Source of the DNA: an uncultured delta proteobacterium
GTDB lineage: Bacteria; Myxococcota; UBA727; VGSZ01
NCBI GenBank assembly: GCA_963775425.1
Contig: CAVZJB010000016.1
Location: 96,001 to 160,000 of the forward strand
Direction: 5' to 3'
DNA length: 64,000 nt
Shown: positions 1 through 9,485 of the stretch, one piece after another
Layout of the letters: each line of letters opens with the position of its first letter
Numbering within the stretch: position 1 is the first letter of the stretch
Translations under genes and position numbers: made by a program
The notes under the pieces: model-generated
Seen by the model: only the letters and a program-made list of their open reading frames with translations
What the model was told of the DNA's origin: nothing
The model's database searches: none

Positions 1-99
1 GGCAAAGCACCGCTGTCGTCGTCAGGCGCACACGGCGCGACGTGGACCTACGTGTAGGTGAGACGCAGCGCATGTTTCACGGACCGTCCGGCACATGAC

Positions 100-107
100 G
101 CCGATAA
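100..107 (+). promoter_or_regulatory. Candidate sigma28 (FliA/WhiG) -10 box GCCGATAA
   Basis: Exact GCCGATAA 35 nt upstream of the GTG at 142; no canonical TAAA -35 at normal spacing. Confidence 0.4.
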
Positions 108-141
108 CTCGCCCGACAACAATCAACTTCGGAGGTGCTTC

Positions 142-582
142 GTGGCCATCAACCCGCTCGACCCCAGGAACGTGCTCAAGAACATCCAGCAGCTCGATCC
201 CATGGGCGGCAAGATCCCCGGCACGAACATCAACGCGCTCGACCCGCTGAACCTCTTCGGCACCGACTCGATGAACAAGACCGGCGGCACCGCCTCGGTG
301 CCCGGCGCGCCCGCGATGCCCGGCGGTGACATCGACGAGCTGCTCGCCAAGCTCAACAACGGCAAGAAGAACCAGTTCGACGTCGAGAGCGCCTCCAACG
401 TCACCAGCAACATGGGCAAGGACGGCGTGCAGTCGAGCGGCAGCTCCGACGGCGGCGCGGCCGGCGGCGCGGGCGGCCAGATCCTGCAGCAGATCATGGG
501 CATGCTGGGCGGCATCGTGAAGTCGCTGCTCGGAAGCATCCTCGGCGGCGGCGGCGGCGGCGGCATCCTCGGCGGCCTCTGA
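142..582 (+). CDS. Gly/Asn-rich hypothetical protein, harpin-like composition
   Basis: GGAGG RBS at 131, GTG at 142; MAINPLDP..., no Cys, C-terminal QILQQIMGMLGGIVKSLLGSILGGGG. Confidence 0.7.
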   Translation: MAINPLDPRNVLKNIQQLDPMGGKIPGTNINALDPLNLFGTDSMNKTGGTASVPGAPAMPGGDIDELLAKLNNGKKNQFDVESASNVTSNMGKDGVQSSGSSDGGAAGGAGGQILQQIMGMLGGIVKSLLGSILGGGGGGGILGGL

Positions 583-1428
583 TTGCAAGCGGAAGCGAGC
601 TTCACCGCTTCCATGATCGCGACGGCGCGCGGGCTCGGGGAGGTGCTCCCCGAGGACGCGCGCCTCGCCGTCGATCCCTACGGAACCCGCTTCGCCACGC
701 GCTGGCTGCGCTTCGTCGTGCGCCACGCGCGCTTGTTCGCGCCGCTCGTCGAGCGGATGCTGCTCACGGTCCAGGTGCGCACCCGCGTCATCGACGACCT
801 GCTGCTCGCGTTCTTGCGCGAGGACGGCCGGCAGGTGGTGATCCTCGGCGCCGGCTACGACTGCCGCGCCGCGCGCTTCGAGGACCGCATCGCCCAGGCG
901 AGCGGGCGCGTCTTCGAGGTGGACCACCCGGCGACGCAGGCGGCGAAGCGGGCGTTGGTGCCGCCGCCGCCGTCGGTGGCGAGCCTGGCGTGGGACTTCG
1001 AGGCGCGTGACGCCGGCGCGCTGCCCGGGGCCCTCGCCGCGCTCGGCCACGACGCCGGGGCGCCGTCACTCACCGTCTGGGAGGGCGTGACCATGTACCT
1101 CAGCGAGGCCGCCGTCGACGCCACCGTGCGCGCGGTGGCGGCGCTCTCGGCGCCGCGCTCGACGTTCGTGCTCACGTACTTCACGCCGCGCGCGTTGCGC
1201 CCGCGCGGCCTCCTCGACCGGCTCGCGCGGCGGGTCGTCCTCGGGAAGGCCGAGCCGCTCACGTTCGCCTTCGTCCCCGACGCCGTGCCGGCGTGGCTGC
1301 AGGCGCGCGGCTTCTCGCTGGCCCTCGACGCGTCGCTCGACGAGCTCGCGCGCACGCTCTTGCCCGCGCGCTACCACGGGCTCCTCGACGGGGACGCGCT
1401 GCACTTCGCCGTCGCGCGCCGGGATTGA
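583..1428 (+). CDS. SAM-dependent methyltransferase, leucine carboxyl methyltransferase (TIGR00027-like) family
   Basis: VRTRVIDD, QVVILGAGYDCRA, FEVDHPATQ, WEGVTMYL motifs. Confidence 0.85.
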   Translation: MQAEASFTASMIATARGLGEVLPEDARLAVDPYGTRFATRWLRFVVRHARLFAPLVERMLLTVQVRTRVIDDLLLAFLREDGRQVVILGAGYDCRAARFEDRIAQASGRVFEVDHPATQAAKRALVPPPPSVASLAWDFEARDAGALPGALAALGHDAGAPSLTVWEGVTMYLSEAAVDATVRAVAALSAPRSTFVLTYFTPRALRPRGLLDRLARRVVLGKAEPLTFAFVPDAVPAWLQARGFSLALDASLDELARTLLPARYHGLLDGDALHFAVARRD

Positions 1429-1439
1429 GCGCCGCCGGC

Positions 1440-2105
1440 CTACGCGAGCCCGGCGACGAAGTCGGCCGTGGCCGCGGCGATGGCGGCGACGACGGCGCCG
1501 TCGCTGGTCCCGGAGGCCTTTGTCACGTGGAAGCCGTGGTCCGCGTCGTCGATCCAGACCTGGCGCCACCGGGTGCCGAGGGGCTTCACGGCGCGCTCCA
1601 TGAGGGCGCGCGTACAGAGCGTGTCGCGCGTGCCGTTCACGCACAGGACGGGCACGGTGATCGCCGGCAGGTGGGCGTCGCGGAGCTTCTCGGGGTGGCC
1701 CGCGGGGTGGAGCGGGTAGGCGTACAGGAGCAGCGCGTCGCAGGGGAAGCCCTCGGCGGCCATCATCGACGCTGCGCGGCCGCCCATCGAGCGGCCGCCG
1801 ATGAACAGGCGCCTGGGGCGCAGCTCGGCGCGGACGCGCTCGACGACGGCGCTGGTGCACTCCATGAGCCGGGGCATGCGGTCGGGGCGCTTGGACTTCT
1901 TGTCGGCGTAGAAGAAGTTGAAGCGTACGACGCTGAGGCCGCGATCACGGAGCGCGCCGCCGAGCGCGAGCATCGCGCGATCGTCCATGTTCCCGCCGGC
2001 GCCGTGGGCGCAGACGAAGACGTCGTCGGCGCGCGGAACGTGCGGCGCTTCATCGAGCTGCGCGTGCGTGACGTCGTCGCCGACCTGGATATGCCACGGT
2101 TTCAC
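1440..2105 (-). CDS. Alpha/beta hydrolase (KANSL3/Abhydrolase_11-like)
   Basis: HGAGG, GGRSMGGR nucleophile elbow, YPLHP, GTRD, DADHGF; GTG start chosen at 2105. Confidence 0.85.
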   Translation of the reverse strand: MKPWHIQVGDDVTHAQLDEAPHVPRADDVFVCAHGAGGNMDDRAMLALGGALRDRGLSVVRFNFFYADKKSKRPDRMPRLMECTSAVVERVRAELRPRRLFIGGRSMGGRAASMMAAEGFPCDALLLYAYPLHPAGHPEKLRDAHLPAITVPVLCVNGTRDTLCTRALMERAVKPLGTRWRQVWIDDADHGFHVTKASGTSDGAVVAAIAAATADFVAGLA

Positions 2106-2137
2106 GGCACCCTGCGTGGCACGCCGCCGCCCCGGGC

Positions 2138-2574
2138 TCAACGGCGCACGGCGAACAGCGGCGCGAACGCAGCGCGGTGGGCCCACGCGAGCGCGAGCAC
2201 GAGCGCGACGATGACGACGGGGAGCGGGAGGCCCTCAGGCGCGAGCGCGACGTGGAAGGCGACGATGTTCACGAGGAGCGGCGCGAGCAGGAGGAGCGCC
2301 AGCGGCACGCAGCGGTCCGCGAGCAGGAGCGCGGCGGCGGCGACCTCGACGACGGCGAGGAGCGGGAGCATGTAGCGGTCTGCGCGAGCGCGCCGAGGAA
2401 GGCGCCGGCGCCGGCGGACGGCGGCGTCTCCGGGTGCGGCAGGAAGTCGAGGAAGCCGTTGAGGCCGAAGACGAGGAACGCGAGCCCGAGGAGCACGCGG
2501 GCGACGGGAACGGCGACGGGCCGCAGGCGGCCGGCGGCGCGGGGAGCGGCGGGGGTGAGGGTGCCGGTGGTCAT
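2138..2574 (-). pseudogene. DoxX-family membrane protein with a frameshift near 2375
   Basis: N-half RVLLGLAFLVFGLNGFLDFLP...LAQT and C-half YMLPLLAVVEV...LLAPLLVNIVAFH lie in different frames; one added G (ACC G[G]C TAC) restores TGYM. Confidence 0.75.
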
Positions 2575-2685
2575 GGGATCTCCTGGGGTTCGTCGAGGCG
2601 ACGAACGGGACGCGGCCGGATCGACACGCGGATCCGGTCGCGCTGCGCGGTGGCAGCGCGGTCGTGCGGGGGCTAGAAGGCGACG

Positions 2686-3612
2686 ATGACGTCGCTGGTT
2701 CGCCGCCTCGTGAAGCGCCCCTGGGCGCCGCAGCTCGATCCGATCGTGCGCGACGCCATGCTCACGGTGGCGCGCGCGCGGCGGCGCGAGCACCCGGCGT
2801 CACAGGCGGCGACCGAGGCGCTCTATCGCCGCTGCGGGTCCGTGCGGCCGCTGCTCCTCGGCCACCGGGGGGCCATGGCGCGCGCGCCCGAGAACACGCT
2901 CGGCGCCTTCCGCGCCGCCGTCGACGACGGCGCCGACGGCTTCGAGCTCGACGTGCAGCTCACCGCGGACGGCGTCCCCGTCGTCCTCCACGACGACACC
3001 CTCGACCGCACCACCGACCTCAGCGGAAAGCCCATCCGCTACGCCGCCGACGAGCTCGACGACGCCGACGCCGGCTCCTGGCTCCCCGGCTGGCCCCGCG
3101 AGAAGGTGCCGCGCCTCGCCGAGGTCTTCGACGCGCTCGGCGCCGGCCACGTCGTCAACGTCGAGCTCAAGGGGCCGACGCCGCTCACCCTCGGGCTCGA
3201 GCGGCGCGTCCTCGACGTCATCCGCGCGCACGCGGACGCGGGCGTCATCGTGTCGAGCTTCCACCCCGCGCAGCTCCTCGCCATCCGCATGCTCGCGCCC
3301 GAGGTCCCCATCGGGCTCCTCGTGAGCCCGCACAGCATGCTGCCGCTCCGCACCGGCTGGGCCGCGGCCGCGCTCCTCCCCGACGCCATCCACCCGCCGA
3401 GCTCCCTCATCGACGGCGGCTTCATCGCCATGGCCCACCAGGCAGGCATGCGCGTCCACGCCTGGGCCGTCGGCGGCGACGAAGACACCGCGCGCCTCCT
3501 CGACCTCGGCGTCGACGGCCTCATCGTCGACGACGTCGCCGCCACCGCCGCCGTCTATCGCGATCGCGGCTACTCGCTCGCGTCCCGCGGGGATCAGTCG
3601 GTGTCGCGGTAG
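2686..3612 (+). CDS. Glycerophosphodiester phosphodiesterase
   Basis: GHRGA...PENTLGAF, ELDVQLTADGVPVVLHD, NVELK, GVDGLIVD. Confidence 0.9.
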   Translation: MTSLVRRLVKRPWAPQLDPIVRDAMLTVARARRREHPASQAATEALYRRCGSVRPLLLGHRGAMARAPENTLGAFRAAVDDGADGFELDVQLTADGVPVVLHDDTLDRTTDLSGKPIRYAADELDDADAGSWLPGWPREKVPRLAEVFDALGAGHVVNVELKGPTPLTLGLERRVLDVIRAHADAGVIVSSFHPAQLLAIRMLAPEVPIGLLVSPHSMLPLRTGWAAAALLPDAIHPPSSLIDGGFIAMAHQAGMRVHAWAVGGDEDTARLLDLGVDGLIVDDVAATAAVYRDRGYSLASRGDQSVSR

Positions 3613-4076
3613 AGCGCCTCGAGCGCGCCGGCTTCGAGCGCCGGCGCCGGGGCGAACGCCTTCGGCCCGTCGTCCACGAGCACGGGGGCGGCGGTGAGCC
3701 ACCCCGAGGCGCGGATGCGGCCGGCGGCGTCGAGCCTCACCCAGTAGCGCACGACCTCGGGCGCCCCCTCGGGAGCGCGGAAGATGCGCGCGGTGAACTC
3801 ACGGCGGCCGGGCCCCGGCTCGACGTCGACGGCGTCCTCGTTGAGCTCCGCCTTCCAGAAGTCGTAGTCCCACAAGGGCGGGGCGGCGGTCTTGCGGGCC
3901 GGCTGCTTGCCCGCGGGCAGGCCGAGCCAACGCGCGAGGGTGCGGTGGAAGAAGCCGGCGCTGACCTCGACGTCTTCGGCGGGCGGCTCGAGGCTCGCGA
4001 GGGCCGCGCGCACGTCGAGGCTGTCGGTCTCGTCGTCCCGGCCCTTGCCGCCTCTCCGGCCTCCGCGCGTCGCCAC
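3594..4076 (-). CDS. Hypothetical protein
   Basis: Natural-looking composition; lies downstream of the next ORF on the same strand. Confidence 0.55.
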   Translation of the reverse strand: MATRGGRRGGKGRDDETDSLDVRAALASLEPPAEDVEVSAGFFHRTLARWLGLPAGKQPARKTAAPPLWDYDFWKAELNEDAVDVEPGPGRREFTARIFRAPEGAPEVVRYWVRLDAAGRIRASGWLTAAPVLVDDGPKAFAPAPALEAGALEALYRDTD

Positions 4077-4165
4077 CGAGCGACGCTACCGCCGAACGCA
4101 CCGGCGATGCACGAGCGGCTCACGTCGAGGCAGCAGGCCGCTCGACGACGGGCGTCGGGAATGCG

Positions 4166-4999
4166 CTACGCGGCGGCGTCGGCAGGGCCCGCGGACGCGT
4201 CTTGGGTCGTCGTCACGTCGGTGCGCGGCAGGCGCAGGGCGATGGCGTCGCGCAGGCGCTCGGCCTCGACGATGAGGGCGTCGCCCTCGTCGTCGTCGGC
4301 GCCGTCGGGGGCGGAGTCCCACTCGCGCAGGGAGTCGATGACCTTCACGCAGGCGGTGAGCGCGCGGCGCAGGTGGCGCACCTTGTCGTTGGCGCTCTTC
4401 GGGCGCAGGTGCGCCGGGATGGAGTCCTTCAGCGTGCGGCGCAGCGCGCTGGCGGTCTCCCCGTCGAGGGCGGCCTGCTTGAGGGCGAGGTAGGCGTCCT
4501 CGGGGACGCGCTGCTCGTCGTAGTGGTGCTTGGCTTCCGCGAGCACGTTCACGGCGCCGAGGTCCGGGGTGTGCGGCGGCCGCTTCGACGCTTGCGCCTT
4601 CAGCGGCAAGAGCTCCGGGGCCTCTTCGCCGAGCCACTGGAAGGAGCGCACGAGCTTCTTCGCCGTCGACGACGTCACGTGGACCTCGTCGGCGCAGTAG
4701 CGCTCGAAGCTCGCGTAGCCCCAGCCGCGCCACAGCCCGGTGCGCAGCACGTCGGCGAGGTGCTCCCCGAGGATGATCCAGCTCGACTTGAAGGCGAGCG
4801 CGGCCTCGAGCACGCGGTAGCGCGGCGAGTCCGCGTCGAGCTCCCGCATGCGGGCCATGATGGAGACCTCGGCGCGCGACAGGTCCGTCTGCTTGGACGG
4901 CGCCTTGCGCGGGGCCACGCTCTTTTTCGGCGGCGCCTTCGCGCGAGGGGGCTTGTGGATCTGCTTCTTGGGGGGCTTCTTCTTGTTCGCGCGCGGCAC
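4166..4999 (-). CDS. Hypothetical protein with Lys/Pro-rich basic N-terminus, possible nucleic-acid binding
   Basis: Globular segment FKSSWIILGEHL...WRGWGYASFERYCADE; start uncertain (GTG 4999 or ATG 4858). Confidence 0.7.
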   Translation of the reverse strand: MPRANKKKPPKKQIHKPPRAKAPPKKSVAPRKAPSKQTDLSRAEVSIMARMRELDADSPRYRVLEAALAFKSSWIILGEHLADVLRTGLWRGWGYASFERYCADEVHVTSSTAKKLVRSFQWLGEEAPELLPLKAQASKRPPHTPDLGAVNVLAEAKHHYDEQRVPEDAYLALKQAALDGETASALRRTLKDSIPAHLRPKSANDKVRHLRRALTACVKVIDSLREWDSAPDGADDDEGDALIVEAERLRDAIALRLPRTDVTTTQDASAGPADAAA

Positions 5000-5076
5000 G
5001 AGGGCTCCGAAGCGGGGGACAAGCCCCGCCCAGGGGGCAGGGGACAAGGCGGTGTCGACGAGCGCTCGGCGCCGCG

Positions 5077-6918
5077 CTACCTGCGGGGGCCTCGGCCTCG
5101 GCGCGGGCGACGTCGACCGGGCCCGCCGCCGCCGCCGGGGCCGGACTTGGCGGGCTCGCACGCGATGGTCATCGGGACCGGCTCGGTCTCGCCCTCGGGG
5201 ACCCACGTCTTGTCGCCGCGGGGCTTGCCGTTCACGCCCGCGATCACCTGGTCGGCGACCTCGAGGTCGACCTCGACGTGGCTCGAGTGATCGCGCACGT
5301 CGCCGTGGCCGGTGAAGTGGCCGGCGTCGACGCCCGACATCGCGGCGAGCTTCTCGATGAGCGCCGTGAGGTCGGGGACGCCGTCCTCGCGCCCCAGCGT
5401 GACGTAGAGGTTGCGCGAGGTGCTCTCGGGGGCCTCGGCCTCCTCGGCTGCCTCGACGGGAGCGCCCTCCTCGCCCGGCGGGCGGTCGTGGCGCGGCCGG
5501 TCCGAGCGCGGGCCGCGCTCGCGGCGCGGGCCGCGCTCGCGCTCACGAAAGCCGCCCTCGCGCTCGCCGCGGGGCTCCGACGCCGGGCGCGGCTCCTGCG
5601 CGTAGTGGGTGCGCAGCAGGAACGCGAGGATCTCCTTGGCGTCGCCGCGGGCGAGCATGGACTCGGCCACGGGGCGGTATTGCTCCATCTCGACGCCGTC
5701 AGCGGCCTCGAGGATCTGCACGGCGAGACGTTCGGCCTGCATCCAGAGGATCTCCTTTTCGTCGGGGAGATCGATCTCCTCGAACGGAACCTTGAACTGC
5801 TTTTTGAGGTTGGACAGGTGCGCCATGTACTTGCCGCGCACCAGGGAGACGGCGACGCCCTTCTTGCCGATGCGCCCCGTGCGTCCCACGCGGTGGACGT
5901 AGACCTCGTCGTACTCGGGCAGGTCGTAGTTGAAGACGTGGCCGAGGTCGCTGATGTCGATGCCGCGGGCGGCGATGTCGGTGGCGACCATCAAGTCGAG
6001 CTCGCCGGCCTTCACGCGGGCCAGCGTGGCCTCGCGCGCGCGCTGGGGCATGTCCCCGTTCAAGGCCTCGCAGCGCCACCCGAAGCGGCGCAGGTACGAG
6101 GTGATCATCTCGGTCTCGTCCTTGCGGTTGCAAAAGACGATGGCCGACGTGGGCTTGTGCAGCTCGAGGACGTAGAGGAAGTTGCGCGGCTTGCTCCAGC
6201 GCTCGCTCTCGTTGTGGAGCACGTGCCGGATGGTGGTGACGTTGACGGTGTCGCGCGACAGATCGATGCGCGCCGGCTCATGCAGGTAGCGGGATGCCGC
6301 GCGCTCGATCTGCTCGGGGAGCGTGGCGGAGAACAAGAGCGTCTGCCGCTTGTCGGGGAGCTGATCGAGGATGGAGGTGACCTCGTCCCAGAAGCCCCGC
6401 GAGAGCATCTCGTCCGCCTCGTCGAGCACCGAGAAGCGAATGTCATCGAAGCGCAGGTGACCCTGACGAAACAGATCCTTCACCCGGCCGGGCGTACCCA
6501 CCACGAAATTGGCGCCGGCGTGGAGGGCGTCGATCTGGGCGCGCATGGAGGCGCCGCCGTAGATGGTGACGACGCGCACGCCCTTGTGGTGCCCCAGGCG
6601 CGCGGCCTCCGCCGACACCTGCAGCGCCAGCTCGCGGGTGGGCGCGAGGACGAGCGACTGGGGCGAGCGGACCGCCGGGTCGATGTTGGTGAGGAGGGGC
6701 AGGCAGAAGGCCGTGGTCTTGCCGGAGCCCGTCTTGGATTGGACCATGACGTCGCGCCCGGACTTCACCGGGGCGAAGACCGCGCGCTGGACCGGGGTGG
6801 GGCTCGCGTAGCCCAGGTCCTTCAGCCCGAGGCGGAGTGCCTCATCGAGGTCGAATTCGTCGAAGGAGCCGCTCGGCGTCTGGGTGTCTGCGGGAGCGGC
6901 GTCGGGGGTCTCGCTCAT
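5077..6918 (-). CDS. deaD: DEAD-box RNA helicase, DeaD/CsdA-like, with DbpA-type C-terminal RNA-binding domain
   Basis: Q motif PTPVQ, SKTGSGKT, PTRELA, TPGR, DEAD, SAT, ARGID, HRVGRTGR. Confidence 0.93.
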   Translation of the reverse strand: MSETPDAAPADTQTPSGSFDEFDLDEALRLGLKDLGYASPTPVQRAVFAPVKSGRDVMVQSKTGSGKTTAFCLPLLTNIDPAVRSPQSLVLAPTRELALQVSAEAARLGHHKGVRVVTIYGGASMRAQIDALHAGANFVVGTPGRVKDLFRQGHLRFDDIRFSVLDEADEMLSRGFWDEVTSILDQLPDKRQTLLFSATLPEQIERAASRYLHEPARIDLSRDTVNVTTIRHVLHNESERWSKPRNFLYVLELHKPTSAIVFCNRKDETEMITSYLRRFGWRCEALNGDMPQRAREATLARVKAGELDLMVATDIAARGIDISDLGHVFNYDLPEYDEVYVHRVGRTGRIGKKGVAVSLVRGKYMAHLSNLKKQFKVPFEEIDLPDEKEILWMQAERLAVQILEAADGVEMEQYRPVAESMLARGDAKEILAFLLRTHYAQEPRPASEPRGEREGGFRERERGPRRERGPRSDRPRHDRPPGEEGAPVEAAEEAEAPESTSRNLYVTLGREDGVPDLTALIEKLAAMSGVDAGHFTGHGDVRDHSSHVEVDLEVADQVIAGVNGKPRGDKTWVPEGETEPVPMTIACEPAKSGPGGGGGPGRRRPRRGRGPRR

Positions 6919-6983
6919 CGGCCGACCACCCTACCCGGAAGCAGCCCGTTGTAAAGCGAGAATCCAAAGGGCAAAACCCGGGG

Positions 6984-8369
6984 ATGAAGCGCGCCCTCGC
7001 TCTTTCCCTGGCCCTCGGCGCCCTGGCAGCGGGCTGCGACCGCTGCGCCGTCGAGCCCATCACCTCAATTCCGGATGCCGTCGATCAGGTCGACGTGTTC
7101 GACCAGAAGCAGGCCGCCGAGGTCGACGTCCTGTGGATGATCGACAACTCGCCGTCGATGGAGGCGGAGCAGAAGAAGATCGCCGAGCGCTTCAACGACT
7201 TCTTCAACGAGCTGCTGGTGTCCGCGGTCGACTACCACATCGGCGTCATCTCGTCGGACGCCGCCGAGGGCGGCGTGCTGCGCGCCTACACCGGCCCGCC
7301 GGTGGGCGGCTGCAACGGGTGCCGCTTCGTCACCAAGGACACGCCCTGCGACAACCCCTCCGTCGACATCTCGGGGCTCAGCTCGGAGCAGGAGATCGAC
7401 GACAAGCTGGCCACCGAGTGCCCGGCGCAGCTCGTGTTCAGAAACCTCGCCCAGACCGGCAGCGACGGGCCGCCCAACGAGAAGGGCTTCCTGCAGGCGG
7501 CCCAGGCGCTCGGCGTGGCCGACGTGGACCCGGCCACCGGGATGCCGCTCAACGACGTCCCCACCGAGAATGCGGGCTTCCTCCGGCCGGAGGCCGCGCT
7601 GTACATCGTGTTCGTCTCCGACGAGGACGAGGGCGAGAAGGAAAACGGCGCGCCCGTCCGCTACTACCAGCGCCTCTTCGAGAGCCTCAAGGGCGCCGGC
7701 AACGAGAACAAGGTCGCCGTCGCCGCCATCACCGGCTTCCCCGACGCCGACCCGCCGGCGCCGCTGGCGGACGTCTGCAGCATCCTGCAGACCACCTTCG
7801 ACGCCAACAACGCCAACGACGACCCGCGCGCCAACGCCCTGGTGGAGGCGCTGCGCAACTACCCCGACGGCTGCAACGACGAGCAGGCGGGCCCCAACGA
7901 CAGCAACTCCTTCGCCGAGACCGGCGGCCGCTACATCGAGCTCGCCTGCCGCACCGGCGGCGTGATCGCCGACATGTGCAAGGCCGACTACAGCACCGCC
8001 CTCGACGCGCTCGGCGCCAACGCCGCCGGCCTCCTGCGCAAGTTCACCCTCAGCTTGAACCAGGCCGACATCGAGTGGGGCAGCGACTGCATCCCCGACA
8101 CCGCCGACGACATCGCGCTCGACTGCGACGAGGACGGCAAGAAGGACGGCCCGCTCGACGGCCCCATCTGCGTGAAGGCCCTCGGCATCCAGGGCGCCTG
8201 CGAGTCCACGGACAGCGCGCACCTCGTCCCGCGCGACGACAACTGCGGCTGGACCCTCGAGGTCGCCACCAACTCCATCCGCTTCAACGGCGGCTTCATT
8301 CCGGAGCCCGGCACCCAGGTCGAGGTGCGCTACCTGAAGAAGCCCGCCAACCGCCGGTGCGGAGGATGA
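6984..8369 (+). CDS. vWA-domain lipoprotein (CglB-like myxobacterial family)
   Basis: Lipobox LAAGC; MIDAS-like DNSPSM; YHIGVISSD; FLRPEAALYIVFVSDEDE. Confidence 0.75.
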   Translation: MKRALALSLALGALAAGCDRCAVEPITSIPDAVDQVDVFDQKQAAEVDVLWMIDNSPSMEAEQKKIAERFNDFFNELLVSAVDYHIGVISSDAAEGGVLRAYTGPPVGGCNGCRFVTKDTPCDNPSVDISGLSSEQEIDDKLATECPAQLVFRNLAQTGSDGPPNEKGFLQAAQALGVADVDPATGMPLNDVPTENAGFLRPEAALYIVFVSDEDEGEKENGAPVRYYQRLFESLKGAGNENKVAVAAITGFPDADPPAPLADVCSILQTTFDANNANDDPRANALVEALRNYPDGCNDEQAGPNDSNSFAETGGRYIELACRTGGVIADMCKADYSTALDALGANAAGLLRKFTLSLNQADIEWGSDCIPDTADDIALDCDEDGKKDGPLDGPICVKALGIQGACESTDSAHLVPRDDNCGWTLEVATNSIRFNGGFIPEPGTQVEVRYLKKPANRRCGG

Positions 8370-9472
8370 GCCCCCGCGTCCTCTTCGCTGCCGCGGCGGT
8401 GCTGGCGCTCGGGGCGTGCCCGCGCGGGACCGACCTCGCCGACGGCCTGTGCCACTCGAGCGCGGACTGCCCGCAGTTCACGCAGTGCGACCCCACCGGC
8501 GTCTGTCGCTGCACCAGCGACGACGCGTGCGACGCCTCCGAGTTCTGCAACCTCGCCGGCTCCTGCCAGCAGAAACTCGAGTGCTTCACCGACGACGACT
8601 GCCGGAGCGCGGATGCCCCGTCGGCCATCTGCGACACGCGCCAGTTGCAGGAGGACCCGAACGCCCCCGACGATCAGGTGCACGCCAAGACCGCCGGCCA
8701 GTGCGTGACGCTGAACTCGTCCACGACGCAGTGCCTGATCGATTCGCACTGCCCCTTCGGCTTCTATTGCGACAGCGGCGTCTGCCAGGTGGGCTGCCGC
8801 GACAACGGCGACTGCCCCCTCGGCGAGCCCTGCATCGACAACCAGTGCAACCCCACGCAGGGGGCCTGCAACGAGCCCGGCTATTGCGAGTTCGGCCAGC
8901 TCTGTACGGCGAACGACACGTGTCAGGACCACGCCGATCGAAACACCCTCTGCGAGCCGTGCAAGGGCGACGACCCCCTCCAGAGCACGTGCGACACCTG
9001 CCTCATCGATCCCGCGGTGCCGTCGACGCCGTGCTCGTCGGACAGCCAGTGCTCCCAGGGCTACTGCGTGCACTTCCCGTGCTTGACCAGCAACGACTGT
9101 CCGAACGGGGAGACCTGCAGCGGCGGTGGGCTGTTCACGCCGGGCGAGTGCACCGGCCACTGCGGCGATTTCTTCTGCGGCAACGGCTCGTGCGACGATA
9201 CGACCAACCCGTGTCCGCGCGGCTACTCCTGCTTCACGCTCATCGTGGTGTCCAAGAACACCTGCACCCGCGGCGGCGGCCAGTGCGGCGCGGGCTCCTT
9301 GTGCAGCGCCGACGCCGCGGGCGAGCTCAACGAGAACGGCTCGTGCTCGTGCCTGTCGGACGCGGACTGCCCCATCGGCGTCACCTGCGTGAACCCGGGA
9401 CCGAACGGCGCGTGCGTCCAGGGGTCCACCTGCGGCCCCTCGAGCGGGCTGCAGTGCTCGGATCTCCGCTGA
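8366..9472 (+). CDS. Cysteine-rich repeat lipoprotein
   Basis: ATG overlaps upstream stop (ATGA); lipobox LGAC; repeated C-x-x-D-x-D-C units. Confidence 0.8.
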   Translation: MSPRVLFAAAAVLALGACPRGTDLADGLCHSSADCPQFTQCDPTGVCRCTSDDACDASEFCNLAGSCQQKLECFTDDDCRSADAPSAICDTRQLQEDPNAPDDQVHAKTAGQCVTLNSSTTQCLIDSHCPFGFYCDSGVCQVGCRDNGDCPLGEPCIDNQCNPTQGACNEPGYCEFGQLCTANDTCQDHADRNTLCEPCKGDDPLQSTCDTCLIDPAVPSTPCSSDSQCSQGYCVHFPCLTSNDCPNGETCSGGGLFTPGECTGHCGDFFCGNGSCDDTTNPCPRGYSCFTLIVVSKNTCTRGGGQCGAGSLCSADAAGELNENGSCSCLSDADCPIGVTCVNPGPNGACVQGSTCGPSSGLQCSDLR

Positions 9473-9485
9473 GCGAGGGGGAAGC

